From positions 1 through 64,000 of the forward strand of contig CBDAFS010000024.1 in NCBI GenBank assembly GCA_965195285.1: a stretch of DNA of 64,000 bases. The letters are read 5' to 3'. Of this stretch, positions 58,906-64,000 are shown one piece after another. Made by a program: the position numbers and the translations under genes. Within the stretch, counting starts at the first letter, position 1. Each line of letters begins with the position of its first letter. Below the pieces are notes generated by a model. It was not told where the DNA came from. It did not search any database and saw nothing but the letters and a program-made list of their open reading frames with translations. The DNA comes from an uncultured Aminicenantes bacterium (GTDB lineage Bacteria > Acidobacteriota > Aminicenantia > UBA2199).

Positions 58906-60603
58906 TTATTTTTGTTTGTTTTTCTTCTCGATTTTTGCCCAGGTGTCACGCAGGGTGACCGTGCGGTTGAAAATCAGTTTTACCGGGGTTGATTCCTCAT
59001 CCAGACAAAAATAGCCCTGCCTGAGAAACTGGAATCGGTCCTCCGGTTTAGCCGCTTTCAGGCCGGGTTCCAACTGGCATTGGGACAGGGTTACCAGTGA
59101 GCTTGGATTCAAATGGGATTTGAGATCACCATCTTCCTTCTCATCTCCGGGATTCGGAACCGTAAAAAGGTTTTCGTACAATCGGACTTCGGCCTGGATT
59201 GCATGATCGGCTGAAACCCAGTGGGAGGTCCCCAATACTTTTCGGCCATCATTGGACCAGCCACCTTTTGTTTCCGGATCATAACTGCAGTGTAATTCCG
59301 TTATCTTTCCGGTTATATTGTCCTTGATAACCCGGGTACAGGTAATATAATAAGCATGCTTCAATCGAATTTCCCGGCCCGGGGATAAACGGAAATATTT
59401 TTTTGGCGGATCCTCGCGAAAATCTTCCTGCTCAATGTAGAGAACACGGGAGAAAGGTATTTTTCTGGTTCCCATTCCGGGATCCTCCGGATTGTTTTCC
59501 GCCTCAAGCCATTCCACTTTTCCCTGAGGATAGTTATCGATGATCACCTTCAGCGGATTTAATACCGCCATTACCCGGGAAACCCTTTTATTCAAATCCT
59601 CTCGCAGACAGTATTCCAATAAGGCAAGGTCCACAATACTTTCCCGTTTGGCCACTCCGATAATTTCAGAAAAATTCCGTATGGATTCCGGTGTAAAGCC
59701 CCTTCTACGAAGTCCTGCAATGGTAGGCATTCTCGGATCATTCCAGCCGCTGACCACACTGGTTTTCACCAAATCCAGCAGTTTCCGCTTACTCATAACA
59801 GTAAAACTGAGATTTAAGCGGGCAAACTCAATTTGCCGGGGATGATAAACATCCAGTTGATCTAAAAACCAGTCATACAATGGGCGATGATCTTCGAATT
59901 CCAGGGTGCAAATTGAATGGGTAATGCCCTCAATGGAATCTTCGAGTCCATGGGCCCAGTCATACATGGGATATATACACCATTGATCTCCGGTTCGATG
60001 ATGGGATTGTCTCAGAATACGGTACATTACCGGATCGCGAAGATTCAGATTGGGAGATTCCATATCAATTTTTGCCCGTAATACCCGGGAACCGTCCGCA
60101 AATTCCCCCTGGCTCATCTTCTCAAACAAGTCAAGGTTCTCTTCAACCGAACGGTTTCGATAGGGGCTCTCCTTTCCGGGTTGGGTTAAGGTGCCCCGGA
60201 ATTCCCGAATGGCATCGGCATCCAGATCATCCACATATGCTTTCCCGGAACTGATCAGCTGAACCGCATACCCATACATCTGCTGGAAATAATCAGAGGC
60301 AAAGAACAAACGGTCTTCCCAGTCGAAACCCAGCCATTGAATATCCCTTTTGATGGATTCGACATATTCTTCCTCTTCTTTACTGGGATTGGTATCATCA
60401 AAACGGAGGTTACATAAGCCGTTGTATTCTGAAGCAAGCCCGAAATTAAGACATATGGATTTGGCATGGCCTACATGTAAATATCCATTGGGTTCAGGAG
60501 GGAAACGGGTATGAATCCGCCCGTCATTTTTATTACACTTCAAATCCTTTTCAATTATTTCCCTGATAAAGTTTGATACCGGTTTTTGATGATCTGTTGA
60601 CAT
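58906..60603 (-). CDS. glnS: Glutamine--tRNA ligase
   Basis: [39 protein letters not shown]; ATG at 60603 after GGAG. Confidence 0.98.
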   Translation of the reverse strand: MSTDHQKPVSNFIREIIEKDLKCNKNDGRIHTRFPPEPNGYLHVGHAKSICLNFGLASEYNGLCNLRFDDTNPSKEEEEYVESIKRDIQWLGFDWEDRLFFASDYFQQMYGYAVQLISSGKAYVDDLDADAIREFRGTLTQPGKESPYRNRSVEENLDLFEKMSQGEFADGSRVLRAKIDMESPNLNLRDPVMYRILRQSHHRTGDQWCIYPMYDWAHGLEDSIEGITHSICTLEFEDHRPLYDWFLDQLDVYHPRQIEFARLNLSFTVMSKRKLLDLVKTSVVSGWNDPRMPTIAGLRRRGFTPESIRNFSEIIGVAKRESIVDLALLEYCLREDLNKRVSRVMAVLNPLKVIIDNYPQGKVEWLEAENNPEDPGMGTRKIPFSRVLYIEQEDFREDPPKKYFRLSPGREIRLKHAYYITCTRVIKDNITGKITELHCSYDPETKGGWSNDGRKVLGTSHWVSADHAIQAEVRLYENLFTVPNPGDEKEDGDLKSHLNPSSLVTLSQCQLEPGLKAAKPEDRFQFLRQGYFCLDEESTPVKLIFNRTVTLRDTWAKIEKKNKQK

Positions 60604-60604
60604 A

Positions 60605-62098
60605 TTAACTGGCTCCATGTTGATTTATATCTTTTCTCTTTACCCATTCGATGGCCTTATTTAGCCGCCTGATGGTAGTCACTTTGCCCAGGACCTCCAA
60701 TAGTTCGAATAACCCCGGGCCATGGCCTACCCCACTGACTGCCAGCCTGGCTGAATGAATCAGTTTCCCTAGCGACATATTTTCAGATTCGGCCAGGCCC
60801 CTGAATACGAATTCAAGAGATTCATGGCCGAAAGAAGATGTCCTCTCCAGCTTATCAACCAGGACTTTCAAAACATTAAGATCAGCAATTTTAAAATATT
60901 TTTTTTCCAATTTGTCTTCATACCGGTCCGGATCCCTGAAAAAATAAACTGAACTCTCTGCGATTTCATGAATTCTTTTGGAACGGGCCTTCATCAATCC
61001 GATAATGGTCTTGCCATAGGATTCATCCAAAAGCGAACGGTTATTGAATAAGCCCATTTGCATCCATTTTTCCACAACCATATCAAACAGTGAATCAACG
61101 CTTGATTCTCTCAGGTAATGACCGTTCATCCACTCCAGCTTTTTTTCATCAAAAACAGAGGCCTTGGGAGAAACCTTATTCAGGTTAAAAAGACTGATAA
61201 GTTCCTCCCGGTTCATGATTTCGCGGTCCTGGCCGGGTGACCATCCCAGAAGCGCCAGGAAATTCACCAGGGCATCCGGAAGGTAACCGGCGGATTCATA
61301 GTCCAGGACCGATACTGCACCCCTTCTTTTGGACAGCTTTCCTCCACCCTGAGCCAGAATTACCGGCATGTGGGCAAACTGGGGAGGTTTCCAGCCAAAG
61401 GCTTCATAAATAAGAATATGCCTGGGTGTGGAGGCAATCCACTCATCACCCCGCATCACATGAGTGATTTTCATATAGTGGTCATCAATCACATTGGCCA
61501 GGTGATAGGTCGGGAATCCATCTGATTTCAGCAAAACAAAATCATCGAGAATATCACTTTGATAGACAATTTTTCCCCGGATTAAGTCTTCGAATTCAAT
61601 GGTGCGAAGTTCAGGTATTTTCAATCTGATCACATAGGGAGTTCCAGAATTGAGCTTTTGCTTAATACTTTCCGGAGATAAATCCAGACAATGCCGGTCA
61701 TATCCGGATCCGATTTTCATTTTGGTGTCCTGCTGTTCTTGTCTCAATTGGGCCAGACGTTCCGGGGTGCAAAAACATTGGTAAGCCTTACCGGTACTCA
61801 GTAGCTGGTCAGCATGTTTGAAATATATTTCCTTTCTTTCCGATTGAATGTAGGGACCATAATCACCCTTGCTATCCGGACCTTCATCCCAATCCAATCG
61901 CATCCACTTCAGGCTCTGGAATATCTCATCCATGGCCCCCTTCTGGAATCTTTTCTGGTCCGTATCTTCGATTCGCAACACCATTATCCCCTGATGGTGA
62001 CGGGCAAAAAGATAATTGAAAAGTGCAGTTCGGGCTCCTCCCACATGCAAATATCCTGTTGGTGAAGGTGCAAATCGAACTCTTACCATGGATTTCAT
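60605..62098 (-). CDS. gltX: Glutamate--tRNA ligase
   Basis: [36 protein letters not shown]. Confidence 0.98.
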   Translation of the reverse strand: MKSMVRVRFAPSPTGYLHVGGARTALFNYLFARHHQGIMVLRIEDTDQKRFQKGAMDEIFQSLKWMRLDWDEGPDSKGDYGPYIQSERKEIYFKHADQLLSTGKAYQCFCTPERLAQLRQEQQDTKMKIGSGYDRHCLDLSPESIKQKLNSGTPYVIRLKIPELRTIEFEDLIRGKIVYQSDILDDFVLLKSDGFPTYHLANVIDDHYMKITHVMRGDEWIASTPRHILIYEAFGWKPPQFAHMPVILAQGGGKLSKRRGAVSVLDYESAGYLPDALVNFLALLGWSPGQDREIMNREELISLFNLNKVSPKASVFDEKKLEWMNGHYLRESSVDSLFDMVVEKWMQMGLFNNRSLLDESYGKTIIGLMKARSKRIHEIAESSVYFFRDPDRYEDKLEKKYFKIADLNVLKVLVDKLERTSSFGHESLEFVFRGLAESENMSLGKLIHSARLAVSGVGHGPGLFELLEVLGKVTTIRRLNKAIEWVKRKDINQHGAS

Positions 62099-62153
62099 TT
62101 TAAATAATTTCTTCTGATAATTCAACTGAATACGGATTTTTTTTTATTTACAT

Positions 62154-62927
62154 TCAACGTGCGCAGGTTAAGTGTCGGCCGCCATCAATACTGGTGGTAA
62201 GGCCGGTAATCCAACCGGCATTGTCCGAGACCAAAAAAGTAATCAATCGGGCAATTTCATCCGGCTGGCCGACCCTCCCTAACGGATGGGTGTTTCGGCT
62301 GTGCTGCAGGAAATTTTCATAGGTTTTTTGGTCAAATCCGCTTCGCTTGTGCAGGTTGGTCTCGACTACCCCTGGATTAACCGCATTGACGCGAATTCCC
62401 CTTTCAGCCAGTTCCAGTGCTGCCACCCGGGTTAATTGATCGACCCCGGCTTTGCTCACGCTGTAAGATAAAATACCCGGAAAAGATCTTAAGCCGGTTA
62501 TCGAACTCACGTTGACGATATTCCCCTTTGATTTGATCAATAGTGGAAGGGATAACTGTATCAGGTGAAATACGGATCTTAAATTGATATCCATCATGTG
62601 ATCAAAATCTTCAAGTTTGGTGGTTTCTATAGTACCGGTGGCAATAATGCCGGCAGCATTGACCAGAATATCCAGCTGACCGAATTGATTTTCAAGTGAT
62701 CTGATCAATTCCTGCCTGAAATCCATATCGGTTATATCCCCGGATTCAATGCTACATTTCACACCGACTGCGTTTATTTCACGCTGCAACGACTCCAGTG
62801 ATTTCAGATCTCGACCGGTGAGCATCAACCGTGCCCCTGATTGAGCAAAGCGGATCGCTGTTGCCTGTCCGATACCACTGGATGCTCCGGTGATCAATCC
62901 CACCTTCCCATTTAACTCGATTTGCAT
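62154..62927 (-). CDS. Short-chain dehydrogenase/reductase
   Basis: TGASSGIG, VNAAG, YSVSK, NPG. Confidence 0.95.
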   Translation of the reverse strand: MQIELNGKVGLITGASSGIGQATAIRFAQSGARLMLTGRDLKSLESLQREINAVGVKCSIESGDITDMDFRQELIRSLENQFGQLDILVNAAGIIATGTIETTKLEDFDHMMDINLRSVFHLIQLSLPLLIKSKGNIVNVSSITGLRSFPGILSYSVSKAGVDQLTRVAALELAERGIRVNAVNPGVVETNLHKRSGFDQKTYENFLQHSRNTHPLGRVGQPDEIARLITFLVSDNAGWITGLTTSIDGGRHLTCAR

Positions 62928-63082
62928 TTAGTTGCCTCCGTTTTATTAAATATTTAAATCTCACGATATCTGAATTGAGAACTGATATTTTAAAGAAAAT
63001 CCATCGGCTTGTAAAGTCATTGAGAATTATGGGATTGTTTTTGAAAAAAAATATCTTTTTTTTTATAATATTCATAAGTCAT

Positions 63083-63904
63083 ATGGAAAAATTTCCGGAA
63101 ATATGCGGGTATCGTCTTGAAGAAAGGCTGGGTGCCGGAGGGATTGCTGTTGTTTATTCAGGAATTCATATAAAAACCGGCCACAGGGTAGCGGTGAAAA
63201 TACTTAAACCGTCATTATTGCAGAAGTGCAATACAGCCAAACGATTTTTAAAGGAAGCGGAAACCGTATCCGGCCTGGATCATCCCCATATCATTAAGAT
63301 TTTTGATGTAGGCCTCACCAATAATTACCATTACCTGGTCATGGAATTTCTCTCCAAATCACTCAGGGATAAAACAGAGATGGGAAACAATATACTGTCT
63401 GTTAGACAAAACCTGGAAATCATTCGTAAAATTGCCATGGCCCTGGATTACGCCCATCAAAGGGGAATCATACACCGTGACATCAAGCCTGAAAATATTA
63501 TGTTCAGGACAGATGAAACCCCGGTACTGGTTGATTTTGGGTTGGCTAAAATTTCAAGCTCAAAAGAAAGCTTGACCCGCTCCGGAATCACAGTGGGAAC
63601 ACCTGATTATATGAGCCCCGAACAAATTCAAGGCCTGTCACTTGATCCTGCATCGGATATTTACAGTTTGGGTGTGGTTCTCTATGAGCTGCTGACCGGA
63701 CGCGTTCCCTACCGGGCCAGTAATTATGTGACTCTGGCCCTGAAGCATCTGAAAAAAAAAGTTCCGAAGTTACCCCGAAAATTCAAATACCTTCAACCGC
63801 TTTTGAATCGAATGATGGCCAAGAAGATGTCAAAACGTTTTACCCGGGCGGAAACATTAATCCGAATACTTGAACAAATTGAAGAAAAGGTTGGTTTTAT
63901 GTGA
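63083..63904 (+). CDS. Ser/Thr protein kinase (catalytic domain only)
   Basis: GAGGIA, VAVK, HRDIKPEN, DFG, GTPDYMSPE; ATG at 63083. Confidence 0.92.
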   Translation: MEKFPEICGYRLEERLGAGGIAVVYSGIHIKTGHRVAVKILKPSLLQKCNTAKRFLKEAETVSGLDHPHIIKIFDVGLTNNYHYLVMEFLSKSLRDKTEMGNNILSVRQNLEIIRKIAMALDYAHQRGIIHRDIKPENIMFRTDETPVLVDFGLAKISSSKESLTRSGITVGTPDYMSPEQIQGLSLDPASDIYSLGVVLYELLTGRVPYRASNYVTLALKHLKKKVPKLPRKFKYLQPLLNRMMAKKMSKRFTRAETLIRILEQIEEKVGFM

Positions 63905-64000
63905 AGAACCTTTTTTTTGTAACTTTTATGGTTTATAATTCGTCTTATTGATATGATGGAAAAAAACGTAAAGATCCTGTTCAAATTGGTCATTCACAGC

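Noticed and set aside
58906-62098. gltX-glnS adjacency as a novelty
   Set aside because: Ordinary housekeeping arrangement

Overview
Bacterial genomic window, AT-rich, from a diderm anaerobe. Gene content (acidobacterial-type VWFA protein, Ser/Thr kinases, many secreted peptidases) suggests Acidobacteriota/Aminicenantia; this is an inference. It has two parts. (1) About 2.05-17.0 kb is an accessory island of promoter-plus-gene units separated by about 20 short (YY)GTCCCC/TGACCCC-type motifs and re-used 25-90 bp blocks. The units are asnA with an Asn-codon leader peptide, a CrtC/lipocalin-prenyl synthase fusion plus a membrane lycopene-cyclase-like gene, a Fic protein, a group II intron 5' fragment, an aspartyl protease-PDZ gene, an internally deleted type IIG R-M gene and a 1291-aa nuclease-STAND defence candidate. 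(2) About 17-64 kb is backbone: a peptidase cluster, kinases, a TonB-dependent receptor operon, LemA/TPM, a Gld-like ABC system, dacB, a PA2779/PA2778-like C39 peptidase cluster, a cereblon-like gene, a diguanylate cyclase, acetate-CoA ligase, mutY, glnS and gltX. Best candidates for new biology: a Moco/Tuco-type riboswitch over a TonB receptor plus an exported sulfite-oxidase-fold protein (possible pterin-cofactor scavenging), the GTCCCC-delimited cassette array, the two-gene terpenoid module, and the Asn leader attenuator. No rRNA, tRNA or CRISPR array was seen. All family calls are from motif reading by eye; no searches were run.
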